Shown one piece after another: positions 52,006 through 61,876 of a DNA stretch of 64,000 nt (position 1 is its first letter; each line of letters begins with the position of its first letter). The notes beneath the pieces are model-generated. The model saw nothing but the letters and a program-made list of their open reading frames with translations, did no database searches and had not been told where the DNA came from. This stretch comes from Candidatus Poribacteria bacterium. GTDB taxonomy: Bacteria; Poribacteria; WGA-4E; PCPOR2b. Where the stretch lies: the NCBI GenBank assembly GCA_965208675.1, contig OZ242351.1:1472001-1536000 (forward strand), read 5' to 3'. The translations under genes and the position numbers were made by a program.

Positions 52006-53334
52006 ATGTCCGATACTCATCACCTGACGATACCCTCACCCCAACGCGTTGTCCTCGTTGGAGTAAAATTTAAAACGCAACTGAATAGTGATGTAGAGGA
52101 TTCGCTAGAGGAGTTGGGACAACTCGCGGAGACCGCCGGTTTTGAGGTGCTTCACAAAATTGTTCAGCCCAGAGATACACCGGATCCCGCTCATTTTATC
52201 GGGGCGGGGAAGCTAAAGGAATTGGGCGCATTGATGAGCGAAACGGGTGCGGATGCGGTCGTTTTCGATAATGAACTCACACCCGCGCAAACACGCAATA
52301 TTGAAAAGGCTTTGGACACAGTTGCCATCGACCGGACGAGCCTAATTCTGGATATCTTTGCGCAACGGGCACAGACGAAGGAAGCAAAACTACAAGTGGA
52401 GTTAGCCCAGTTACAATATGCCTTGCCGCGTCTGACTCGGATGTGGACCCATCTGTCCCGCTTGGCGACGGGCGGCGGCGGAAGTACGGCTGTCGGTGCA
52501 GGGCGTACCGGCGGCGCCGTCCGCGGTCCGGGCGAAACGCAGCTACAAATTGACCGAAACTTGATTCGTGCGCAGATACTACGCCTCCAGAAATCCTTGA
52601 AGGCGGTTGAAAAACAGCGCCGCGTTCAGCGAAGCAGCCGAAGCGAGATGATTAAAGTGTCGCTCGTAGGTTACACAAATGCCGGCAAGTCAACGCTCTT
52701 CAACGCGCTGACCGGTGAAAATCGGCTTGCTGAAAATCGGTTGTTCGCGACCCTCGATCCAACCACACGCGTCGTTGACTTACCCGACAATCGGCAAATC
52801 TTGTTGACAGATACTGTAGGATTCATCAAAAAACTTCCGCATCATCTTGTCGCTGCATTCAAAGCCACATTAGAGGAGGTTGCTGAAGCGGATTTGCTTC
52901 TTCACGTGGTTGATGGAATCCACCCCCAGGCGGAAGCTCAAGTCGCATCCGTGAACGACGTGCTCAAATCGTTGAACGCTAACGACATCCCCACAATTAT
53001 CCTACTGAATAAAAGCGACCTATCCGAAAATGAGGAACAACCGCAACTTCTCCGTTTCAAATATCCCGATAGCCTCCAAATTTCTGCACAGACAGGGGCT
53101 GGGCTTGAAAAACTGAAGACCGAGCTTGCCGACCGTTTCGCTTCCACGGACATTGACATGTCACTTCACCTCTCTTATCGTGACGGCAAGGCGCTAGACT
53201 ACTTGTATAAACACGGCGAGGTTTTTGAGGCGGATTATGGCGGCAACGCCATCCGAGTCCAGGCAAGGCTTCCGCACCGCTATCTGAAGGCGTTGAATCA
53301 GCTCGCGGCGCATTCAACGTTTGAGCTGCGATAA
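52006..53334 (+). CDS. hflX: Ribosome-splitting GTPase HflX
   Basis: RGPGETQL, GYTNAGKST, FATLDPT, DTVGF, NKSD. RBS aaggag precedes ATG 52006. Confidence 0.96.
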   Translation: MSDTHHLTIPSPQRVVLVGVKFKTQLNSDVEDSLEELGQLAETAGFEVLHKIVQPRDTPDPAHFIGAGKLKELGALMSETGADAVVFDNELTPAQTRNIEKALDTVAIDRTSLILDIFAQRAQTKEAKLQVELAQLQYALPRLTRMWTHLSRLATGGGGSTAVGAGRTGGAVRGPGETQLQIDRNLIRAQILRLQKSLKAVEKQRRVQRSSRSEMIKVSLVGYTNAGKSTLFNALTGENRLAENRLFATLDPTTRVVDLPDNRQILLTDTVGFIKKLPHHLVAAFKATLEEVAEADLLLHVVDGIHPQAEAQVASVNDVLKSLNANDIPTIILLNKSDLSENEEQPQLLRFKYPDSLQISAQTGAGLEKLKTELADRFASTDIDMSLHLSYRDGKALDYLYKHGEVFEADYGGNAIRVQARLPHRYLKALNQLAAHSTFELR

Positions 53335-53352
53335 ACAAAACAGGGACTTGAA

Positions 53353-55164
53353 TTGAATGGTGAAGTATTACTCAAATGGAATCCTTCCGCCAAAGGAAGG
53401 GACAATAACGCCCATCGGAAAGCGTTTAAACGATTGCTTCACGAAGGGAAACGCACATGGATTTTGTTCGATGCGCTGGCGAACCGGACTCGTTTCCACG
53501 TTAACTTTGTCGATCATACCTTTTCTCAAGCGGACGGTTCTGAGGCTATCCAGGCTTTACTCCGGCAGCTTCTCAGCGCTTCTCAAGGCTTTAACCGAAC
53601 CTACCTGCTCGCACAGGGCGGTGCCGAAGTTCCGTGCTACGATATAACGGAACATATCGGCAGTTGCCTGGCCGGCGATCTCACAGTCGCCGATAGGCTG
53701 AGAGGCCGCACCATTTTCCTCCTCCGTCAAACCGAAGTGCAGACGGAGGATCTTCTGTCCGTAGACGGCGTTTGCGCGCACGCGCACCGGATATTGCAGC
53801 CGTTCGTCCGCGAATTCGCCGAATACTTGGACAGAGCCGTTATCGGTTTTTGCTGTAACCTTCCGACCTTTCTGTCCCCGTTCCGAAGCGAACCGCAATC
53901 AATTCCTTGGAGCGTGGAACTTGTCAACCAACTCGAGACCGATGCCTCGGTAGAATTCCTCCGATTACTTCCGTTGATATTCCATGAAACGTACGACTCA
54001 GCGGCAATTCGTTGCCGTTATTGGGAGCATTTGACCCGACAGTTCGCAGAGGTTTGTATCGGCGGACTGAAAAAGTATTGCCGCGAGTTGAATCTACAAT
54101 TCGCAATAAATATTCCTGCGTCGGCGCGAGCGTTGGAAGCGGATGTTGGGGAATTACTCAACCACGCCGATCGCCCCATTTTCAGCCCTAAAAAGACGGA
54201 TCAGCCGTACCGATTCTTAATCTCCAAGTGGGCCGCCAGCGTGCCGAATATTGAACGCTCTGGGCAAATCAGCATCTGCGCACCGGACACAACCTCAAGT
54301 TTCGGTTCGGACCGACTCTCCTATGGCAGCGCGTTGGGATTCAATTCATGGATTTTGCCGGAAAACTCTTCAACCGCGCCAGAAGACACGTTAGTAAATC
54401 TGAACCGTTTCCTGTCAGTTGGTGTTCCGACAAGACCGATGCTCATGATTTCGCCGATTCACAGCCTCTGGACAAAACCCGATGGAAAAGTCTGGGATTG
54501 GATAAAAAAAGAGTGGAGTTGGCTGTGTCAAACCGTTTGGACTCTCGGATATGACTTCGATGTAGTCTCGGAAACGGAATTGACCGCGGCGGCGGTGCGT
54601 AAAGGTGCAATCCATTTTGATAAAACCGCTTACCCGCTCATCTTGCTCCCAACTTGCCTGTCGCTCCAGGAACGCACGGTGAATCTGTTGACGCAATTTG
54701 AAAATGCGCGCGGCAAGCTGATTGCCCTGCCTCCAGTGCCGTATTTGCTCAACGGCAGAATCGGCGTCGACCCCTATCCGCTCGAACGTTTGCTTTATCG
54801 GTGGCGCACATCCATTGTAACCGGTGAAACGACGAACGAAAAAACGGAAAGTCTCAAACGGCTGCTGCGAAAGTGGGTCAATCCGGCGATACAGGTTTAC
54901 CGGCGGCCCGATAATAATCCGACTAACTGCCTAGCGATTCATCACCGCCATTCGGACGATGTTGAACTGTTCTATCTTTACAACCGAGAAGAAATGCCGG
55001 TTGAGGTCCTCGTCGAGATTAATTGGGAGGCAGCTTCACTGGAAGAATGGAACGCTGCGACGGGTGAGCAGCATCATTTAGACTGTTGGCACGCCGACGC
55101 AAAAACGTACGCGACCCTATCCTTTGCACCCCAACGGGGTAGGCTTATTGCGACCGAAGTGTAA
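53353..55164 (+). CDS. Glycoside hydrolase-like protein (GH106/GH42-like C-terminal architecture), divergent
   Basis: IPWS...LPLIF...IRCRYW and GYDFDVVSE...YPLILLP class-I-GAT-like domain, ELFYLYN, EEWNAATGE. Confidence 0.5.
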   Translation: MNGEVLLKWNPSAKGRDNNAHRKAFKRLLHEGKRTWILFDALANRTRFHVNFVDHTFSQADGSEAIQALLRQLLSASQGFNRTYLLAQGGAEVPCYDITEHIGSCLAGDLTVADRLRGRTIFLLRQTEVQTEDLLSVDGVCAHAHRILQPFVREFAEYLDRAVIGFCCNLPTFLSPFRSEPQSIPWSVELVNQLETDASVEFLRLLPLIFHETYDSAAIRCRYWEHLTRQFAEVCIGGLKKYCRELNLQFAINIPASARALEADVGELLNHADRPIFSPKKTDQPYRFLISKWAASVPNIERSGQISICAPDTTSSFGSDRLSYGSALGFNSWILPENSSTAPEDTLVNLNRFLSVGVPTRPMLMISPIHSLWTKPDGKVWDWIKKEWSWLCQTVWTLGYDFDVVSETELTAAAVRKGAIHFDKTAYPLILLPTCLSLQERTVNLLTQFENARGKLIALPPVPYLLNGRIGVDPYPLERLLYRWRTSIVTGETTNEKTESLKRLLRKWVNPAIQVYRRPDNNPTNCLAIHHRHSDDVELFYLYNREEMPVEVLVEINWEAASLEEWNAATGEQHHLDCWHADAKTYATLSFAPQRGRLIATEV

Positions 55165-55245
55165 TGCGTGAAGCGTGATGCAGGATATTGTGACATAATC
55201 TACTGTCAATGTGGATACCGTTGATTTTAAGGATATATCGCACAA

Positions 55246-55998
55246 ATGCTCAAAGAACTGAAAAAAAGCGAATGGCTTTCGCTGTTAAACATCCCTGAAG
55301 ACAGGATACCGACGGTTTTAGTGCTGCGCGGCACCCGGAACCTGAGACGCAATTATTACAAGCATCGTGCTTATTTTACGGATTGCTTTGAGATTGGCTC
55401 ACCAAACGGAATTTTCGAGGACGTGCTGATTGGTAAATATCAGGATACCGATGTCGGTTATGCATCTGTATACGGGGATTCAATGGCATCCGAAATCACG
55501 CATCTGTTCGGGGTGTTGGGGACGTCGGTCGTCATCCAGACCGGTTGTTGCGGCGCGCTGGTGGATTGGATTCAGCCTGGTGATATCGTCTGTGCAACAT
55601 CAGCGCATTGCGGAGAGGGGGCGGCACAATATTATTTTCCCCGTACACAAGAGATTGATGCATCACCCAACCTCGTTGACTTGCTTAAGACCGTATGGTT
55701 TGAGCCTGTTGCTTTACACAAAGGTACAATTTAGACGACATCCGCGCTGCTAGGAGAGGGAACACAGGAAGTTCAGAAATGGTCTCGCCAGGGCTATATC
55801 GCGGTGGACATGGAAACTGCGAGCACTTTCGCAGTTGCGGAATATTTTCAGATGGGTCATCAGTCGCTGCTGTTCGTTTTTGATAATCCCTGCCAAGGTG
55901 AGCACATTCTCTTGAACGATGTTGAAAAACAGGAGCGGAGAGCAATTGGGGAGCAGGTCATGATTGATGCAGCCTTAGGCATTATAGAAAGCTGCTAA
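55246..55998 (+). pseudogene. Nucleoside phosphorylase (PNP/UDP family) with in-frame TAG at 55732-55734
   Basis: IQTGCCGAL...PGD...GEG, then HKGTI*TTSALL...AVDMETAS continues in the same frame. Confidence 0.82.
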
Positions 55999-56036
55999 TT
56001 TTAACTGTAAGATTTTTTCAAAGCACGGAGGGTTGA

Positions 56037-57254
56037 ATGGAAAGCCACACAGACACGATAATTGAAAAAACGGAATCGCATTTCTTTCCGGTGTTTAACA
56101 GAAGCCCCTTGGTCGTTGATAGAGCAAGCGGCTGTCTGGTTTGGGATGTTAACGGGAAGGAATATATTGACCTGACTTCGGGCTGGGGTGTGACGACGCT
56201 TGGGCACAGTTACCCGGCTTTGATTCAGGCGATATCAGAGCAGTTAGGAATGTGCATGCAAGCTCCAAACTGTAATCTGTCTTACACGATTCCTCAAGCT
56301 GAAGCCTCGGAACTGCTTTGTGAGATTTCACCACCTGAGCTCACAAGGGTCTTCTTTACGAACTGCGGCTCTGAAGCCGTCGAGGGTGCAATCAAGCTTG
56401 CCCGCCGTGCCAAAAAGAAGCCGGGATTCGTCGCATGCCGGAACGGCTTTCACGGCAGAACGCTGGGCGCCTCATCAGTCACAGGCCAGGAACGGTACAG
56501 AGCGCCGTTTGAGCCGTTATTGTCCGGGATGAAGTTCGTTAAATTCGGGAGTTGCGCGGCTATGGAAGCTGCCATTGATGAGGAAACAGCCGCAATTGTC
56601 GTAGAGCCGATACAGGGAGAAGGCGGTGTAAATGTACCGCCAGCCGGTTATCTGAAAGGTTTAAGGGAAATAGCTGATAGGCATGATATCCTGCTCATCT
56701 TCGACGAAATTCAGACCGGAATCGGCCGGACGGGAAAGATGTTCGGCGCCAACCACGAAGGCGTGACACCGGATATTCTCCTTTTGGGCAAATGCTTGGG
56801 CGGCGGATTTCCAGTCGGCGCTGTTGTTATCACTGAGGATGTCGCCGCAACAATCGAAAAGGGCGATCATGGGGGCACCTTTGCGGGCAATCCAATCGCG
56901 TGTGCTGCGGTTGTTTCCGTCATCCGAGAGTTGCTCGCGCATCGAATCCTTGAACATTGCCAAAAGGCGGGAGACATTGTAATAAACTCCCTGAGAGAGA
57001 TTCAACACACTACTTCGGACCGGATTGTGGACATTCGCGGCTGCGGACTCCTGATAGGGTGCGAGTTGTCGTCTGATGGACTGGCATCAGCCATTTCCAA
57101 GCGGTGTCTGGAGCAAGGGGTCATCGTCAACGTTGTGCACGGCAAAGTCCTTCGAATATTTCCCGCGTTGAATGTAGATTTTTCACTCTTGGAAAAAGGG
57201 ATGCAGACGATTGCAAATATTATGGGGTCTTCAGGGTTTAACGGGGAAATGTAA
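56037..57254 (+). CDS. argD: Acetylornithine aminotransferase (class III PLP enzyme)
   Basis: GSEAVEGA, FHGRT, EPIQGEGG, DEIQTG.GRTG, GKCLGGG, HGGTFAGNP. Confidence 0.85.
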   Translation: MESHTDTIIEKTESHFFPVFNRSPLVVDRASGCLVWDVNGKEYIDLTSGWGVTTLGHSYPALIQAISEQLGMCMQAPNCNLSYTIPQAEASELLCEISPPELTRVFFTNCGSEAVEGAIKLARRAKKKPGFVACRNGFHGRTLGASSVTGQERYRAPFEPLLSGMKFVKFGSCAAMEAAIDEETAAIVVEPIQGEGGVNVPPAGYLKGLREIADRHDILLIFDEIQTGIGRTGKMFGANHEGVTPDILLLGKCLGGGFPVGAVVITEDVAATIEKGDHGGTFAGNPIACAAVVSVIRELLAHRILEHCQKAGDIVINSLREIQHTTSDRIVDIRGCGLLIGCELSSDGLASAISKRCLEQGVIVNVVHGKVLRIFPALNVDFSLLEKGMQTIANIMGSSGFNGEM

Positions 57255-57295
57255 AATGCCGCATGACATAAAGGTCACCGCACAATCCTTCGTAT

Positions 57296-57521
57296 TACCC
57301 ACACGTAACATACCGCTCCACCGGAGCGGAAGAGGGTTGTGAAAGCTGTTTCTATAGATATGCCGCTCCGCTGGAGCGAAACCCTTCTAACCGCATTAAT
57401 CCCACATTAGCGAAGACTATCGCACTCACTATTCGTTCGCTTGATCACTCCAGAGGAGTGCAATGTCTATAGCTAAGATGTGTCCGCCTCGCACCCGCTC
57501 CAGCGGAGCGGTATGTGGGTA
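57296..57521. repeat. REP/BIME-like element with four palindromes in inverted arrangement
   Basis: ccgctccaccggagcgg, cgctccgctggagcg, cactccagaggagtg and ccgctccagcggagcgg. The ends tacccac...ataccgctcc and ggagcggtatgtgggta are complementary. Confidence 0.8.
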
Positions 57522-57682
57522 TTTGCGATAAATTGCTGTTTCTAGATATGCATGATACGCCCTCATTGAGATGTGGGTAATAGTAAGTCCACATTTTCGC
57601 ATGAGTTACGTGAGGAATTGCCTCTAACTCCGACTGGAAAGAACTGAAATGCCGATAACGGTACTTTTGAGCCTGGTGAACC

Positions 57683-58093
57683 GTGAAAGCCTATATCTCC
57701 ATTAAATTCCGTGAAGACAACAGCAACAAAGATTGTATTCAAAAAATCTCGTCTGCGCTTGAGCGAAACGGTTTTGAAACAGTATGTGTCGCCCGTGACA
57801 TTGAGAATTGGGGAGAAGCCGAATTTAGTCCCGCAGATTTGATGCAAAGGTCATTTGCTGCAATCGAGTCGAGTGACGTATTCGTGGTCGACTTGTCAGA
57901 AAAAGGGGTAGGATTGGGCATCGAAGCGGGTTACGCATACGCGGTGAAAATCCCGATTGTAGTCATTGCTAAAGCGGGTTCAGACATTTCAACGACGCTA
58001 AAGGGTATTTCCCAGAAACAGTTTTTGTACGAGACTTTCGATGATCTTGTTCAATTTTTTGAAGAATTGGAGATTCCCCATGTTCAGCAATGA
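57683..58093 (+). CDS. Nucleoside 2-deoxyribosyltransferase / DNPH1-like protein
   Basis: KAYIS...IESSDVFVVD...GVGLGIEAGYAYA.KIP. Confidence 0.85.
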   Translation: MKAYISIKFREDNSNKDCIQKISSALERNGFETVCVARDIENWGEAEFSPADLMQRSFAAIESSDVFVVDLSEKGVGLGIEAGYAYAVKIPIVVIAKAGSDISTTLKGISQKQFLYETFDDLVQFFEELEIPHVQQ

Positions 58094-58167
58094 GTTCAGA
58101 CTAGGTTTAGCTGGGTGGCCACGCCTGTATCAAAACCGTCTCGTTGTCGATAAGGAGAACTTTGTTT

Positions 58168-60008
58168 ATGCCGCGACCAATTGCAGTTGATGAAGTTGTA
58201 TCATTTCCGTATGCGGGAATTGAGATTCGTGCTCTCTCGCCCGACTGCGATCTCTCAGCGGATGGCTTACGAGTTGCGTACACGCATCGGAATCAGATTC
58301 ATATCACCGATCTGCAAACATCAAAGACGTACGAACCATTCAAAGGAAGATTCCCAAAATGGTCACCCGTCCAACCCAACATGCTTGCATTCCTAAAGCC
58401 AGAGAATCCAGGCGCGTGGCTTAGATACCCCGATGGTACCGAGGGGCAGTTGGCAGGGAACGCGCAGGAAGTCAGTTTCTTGCAATGGTCATTTGACGGT
58501 AAGTTTATCGCCCTCATTGCGAATCGGGATCTAGAAATACAAAATGAAGACTCCGATGACGATATTGTTATCGTGCTTCCACCGCCGCTCACCGCTGTGA
58601 GTTCAATCGTAATTCTTCATGTAGAGACGGACGAAACCACCCTTCTTGTGGAATCAAGTCCGGGAGAATCCTACGAAGCGGTAACTTGGCATCCTGATGG
58701 CAATTGGCTGACTGTTCACTCAATAATAGAAAGACGAAACCAAGACGATTGGGATGAACGCCTTTTTGATATCGATCGAAGAACTGGAAATAGGTATGAC
58801 CGCATTGGCCCCGGCAAGAATGAGATAATTTCACCCTCATGGTCTCCGTGCGGAAAGTATTTGGCAATGGGCTACTCCCCATATAGCTATATTCATCCTG
58901 TACGTAATATGTGTGCCATTATGGAGAGAGATTCAAAGGAGGTTCGGATATTGGACGATGAATACTTCGTTAATTTCGTCTGCTGGGGACATGACAGCCG
59001 AAAAATATACTGTAGCGGCTTAAAAGGAATCAACCGCCATGTCTTCTCTGTCGATATACATACCGGAAGAAAAGAGGTGATAGTAGATCGAACCGGATGG
59101 ACTAACCTTGCGGGGATAAGCCGGGACGGGCGGAAGCTCTTGTCGGTATTTCATGGGCTATTAACGCTTCCGGACGCTTACCTCATCTCCCTTGATACTG
59201 GAGAGGAAAGGGCTGTCACTCAATTTAGCTGCCAACTCGCCGATTACGAGCTAGCCGATGCTTCCGTTGTCGAATGGGCGTCGTACGACGGTTTGGTTAT
59301 TCAAGGCTGCGTTGTTCCGCCGTTAGGCAAGCCGATGAGTCCAGAGAATCCTACCATCGTCGATTTGCATGGCGGACCGACTGAAGGCGGCGCGGCAATC
59401 TTCCACTACCATGAGTGGCATTGGTTGGCAGCGAATGGGTTTCAGTATTCGCGCCCGACTTTCGCGGGAGTCAACAGTATCGGTGGTGCGACCCGCCAAC
59501 TGAAGAGATGGACTATAGAGATGCCATGTGCGGCATCAACTGGTTGGCGTCTCAACAGATGTGCGACAAGGCGAGAATGGGAGTGCACGGCTATAGCTAT
59601 GGTGCTATACTTGGGGCTTACGCCATCGGGAAGTCAACGCTTTTTCGCGCCGCTGTCCTGTTAAATGGACTCTACGACTACCGTCTTTCTTGTGGGCTTG
59701 GCGGCCAAACACGGTGGGGATCAACTTGCGCTAAAGAGTTGGGAGGAGCGCCATGGGAGGTTCCAGATGTATACCAAGAACAATCTCCCATCAGCTACGT
59801 TGGCAACGTCGAAACTCCGGTTCTAATCCTTGTCGGGGAGAATGACGCCCGGCACGAAGCTGAACTGTATACTGCATACTTAAGAGCGCAAGGTAAAGAG
59901 GTTACCTGCGTGCTTTACAAAGGCGCGGGACATAGTCTCGGCAAAAAACACCGGAAGGATTATTACGAACGGACGTTACAGTGGTTCCGCAAGTATCTCG
60001 ACCCATGA
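58168..60008 (+). pseudogene. S9 peptidase with TolB-like propeller, frameshifted copy
   Basis: Paralogue of 61877-63718 with one G missing at ~59445 (ttcagtattc versus ttcaggtattc). The GYSYG nucleophile motif lies in the shifted frame. Confidence 0.88.
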
Positions 60009-60250
60009 ATCCAGCCAATCCGAAGTCGGCATTCCCCAATCACACCGTTACCAAATACCCCTAATCCACCGCTTCACTTGTCAAATTTCTACCATGTGAC
60101 GGAGATACGCCTTCGGTGTTTTTCGCCAAATAAGGATTGGGTTTTGATTTGGACGCCCGCATCTACATAAGAACAATGCGCCATACGTAAAATAGAGTAA
60201 CGCATGACACATAACGTCCAATTCCGAGGTTTTTCTTACGCATTGCGAAC

Positions 60251-61717
60251 GTTTCAATGCTTGCCCCGATGAAAAGGGGACTGAAAAATCTTCGCGGTTG
60301 AACAATGAGCGAAGATAGTTTTTCCTCATTCGATGTTGTGCCGCAACGGGACTTGCAAGTAGGGATAGTCAGCTATCAGGTGTTTTCAACCATTGCTCCG
60401 AACAAAAGGGCACTGAAGGTCGAAAATGTTAGAGGGCCCTCGGTGGCGATCATTTACTGGGTAAACCGCCATCAACCCGGAGAGTAGACTTTGAATTTTT
60501 GGGAAAACCAAAGGAGGTCTCCAACATTGGATGTTAGGACGTCTCATTTACAGACCCGATCAATCGTGAGCGGGGGTCCGTTAACACGGATGCGCGTGGT
60601 GATGATTTCGTCCCTGGTGAGGTTTGGTGTTCTGTTGTCCCTGCCGACACTGTTGGCTGGCGGAGCTCGATGGTGGTGGCCGCTGGAGCTCATGACGCAT
60701 TTTCGAGTCCACTACGCCTTGACGTTGGCGCCGCTGACCATCGCACTCGTAGTTGGCAAACGCTACTTGATGTCGATTCTGACAAGCGGTTGTCTGCTCT
60801 GGAATCTCTGGCTGATCGCGCCAGCCTATATTGAACTGCCTATCAGTTACAGCGAACCGGTCGTTTTGCGTCTCATGTCGGCCAACGTCCACACGGGTAA
60901 CCGGAACTACGAGCGGTTTCTGCGAGCGGTCCGGTCGGCGGCCCCGGACGTGTTGCTGGTGATGGAAATCGACCATCGCTGGAATCAAGCGATCGAGGCG
61001 TTGGAAGCTGACTACCCTCATCATCACCGCCACCCGCGGAGGGACAACTTTGGCATCGGCCTGTTCGCTAAGCTGCCGGTCCAATCACTGGATGTGCAAT
61101 TCGTAGGCACTGCCGACGTGCCGTCGATTCATGCACGCGTCGAAGTGGGCGATCAGACGGTGACTATTTTCGGTACCCATCCCCTACCGCCCACAAGTTG
61201 GCAGAATTCGGCGCTGCGCAACGAACAACTTCAGGCGATCGCGGATCTGGCAACGGCGACAGATGGCCTGCTGATTGTGATGGGCGACTTGAATGTCACC
61301 CCCTGGTCCCCCTACTTTCGCGACCTGCTAAGCCGTTCCACGCTCCGCGACTCGCGCCGTGGCTTTGGCATCCAACCCACCTGGCCAAGCCGGTACGGAC
61401 CTGGCGGCATACCGATTGATCATGTATTGGTGTCGAAGGAACTCTCGGTCATCAACAGGTGGGTCGGACCGCACATGGGCTCCGATCACCGAGCTGTGAT
61501 TGTGGATATAGGCGTCGCCCGTGGCGCCCCGTCCGGGGCGAATGACCCGCCGCAGACGGGGCAAGTGGCAAGTGTCGAGAGGAGTGATCGTTGAACTCAA
61601 AACGTTGTCCGCCTGTTTCAACCACTACCCCGATGAAAAGGGGCCTGAAAGGATTCTCGCGCCTAGAACCTAAATTCTCAGTTTCAACTCTTGCCCCGAT
61701 GAAAGGGAGTCTGAAAG
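60251..61717 (+). CRISPR. Orphan degenerate CRISPR-like array: four 37-nt repeats (60251-60287, 60383-60419, 61615-61651, 61681-61717) with intervening segments of 95, 1195 and 29 nt
   Basis: gtttcaatgcttgccccgatgaaaaggggactgaaaa, ttttcaaccattgctccgaacaaaagggcactgaagg, gtttcaaccactaccccgatgaaaaggggcctgaaag and gtttcaactcttgccccgatgaaagggagtctgaaag align without gaps. CCCC/GGGG hairpin and CTGAAAG 3' end are typical of class 1 repeats. Confidence 0.72.
60590..61594 (+). CDS. Membrane-anchored endonuclease/exonuclease/phosphatase (EEP, YafD-like) protein
   Basis: N-terminal TM helices, SANV, PDVLLVME, H-P, MGDLNVTPWS, TWP, IDHV, GSDH. ORF open from 60491. Confidence 0.92.
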   Translation: MRVVMISSLVRFGVLLSLPTLLAGGARWWWPLELMTHFRVHYALTLAPLTIALVVGKRYLMSILTSGCLLWNLWLIAPAYIELPISYSEPVVLRLMSANVHTGNRNYERFLRAVRSAAPDVLLVMEIDHRWNQAIEALEADYPHHHRHPRRDNFGIGLFAKLPVQSLDVQFVGTADVPSIHARVEVGDQTVTIFGTHPLPPTSWQNSALRNEQLQAIADLATATDGLLIVMGDLNVTPWSPYFRDLLSRSTLRDSRRGFGIQPTWPSRYGPGGIPIDHVLVSKELSVINRWVGPHMGSDHRAVIVDIGVARGAPSGANDPPQTGQVASVERSDR

Positions 61718-61876
61718 TTGGTAAAGCAGTTCGGATCTACGAGTCATTTTAGCCTCGTTTGATTTGCTATCACGCTCTGGCTACCGCCTCATAGCTGATA
61801 TTGAAAACGGTGTGTAGTAAGCGAACTCATACCAGTGTTGGATTTTTTCTTTCACGGTTAGATAAGGAGTTTGTTT

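Noticed and set aside
61652-61680. 29-nt spacer as a self-targeting guide for the EEP promoter or another site in the window
   Set aside because: Only short or gapped matches were found by eye (e.g. near 13420); none is convincing.
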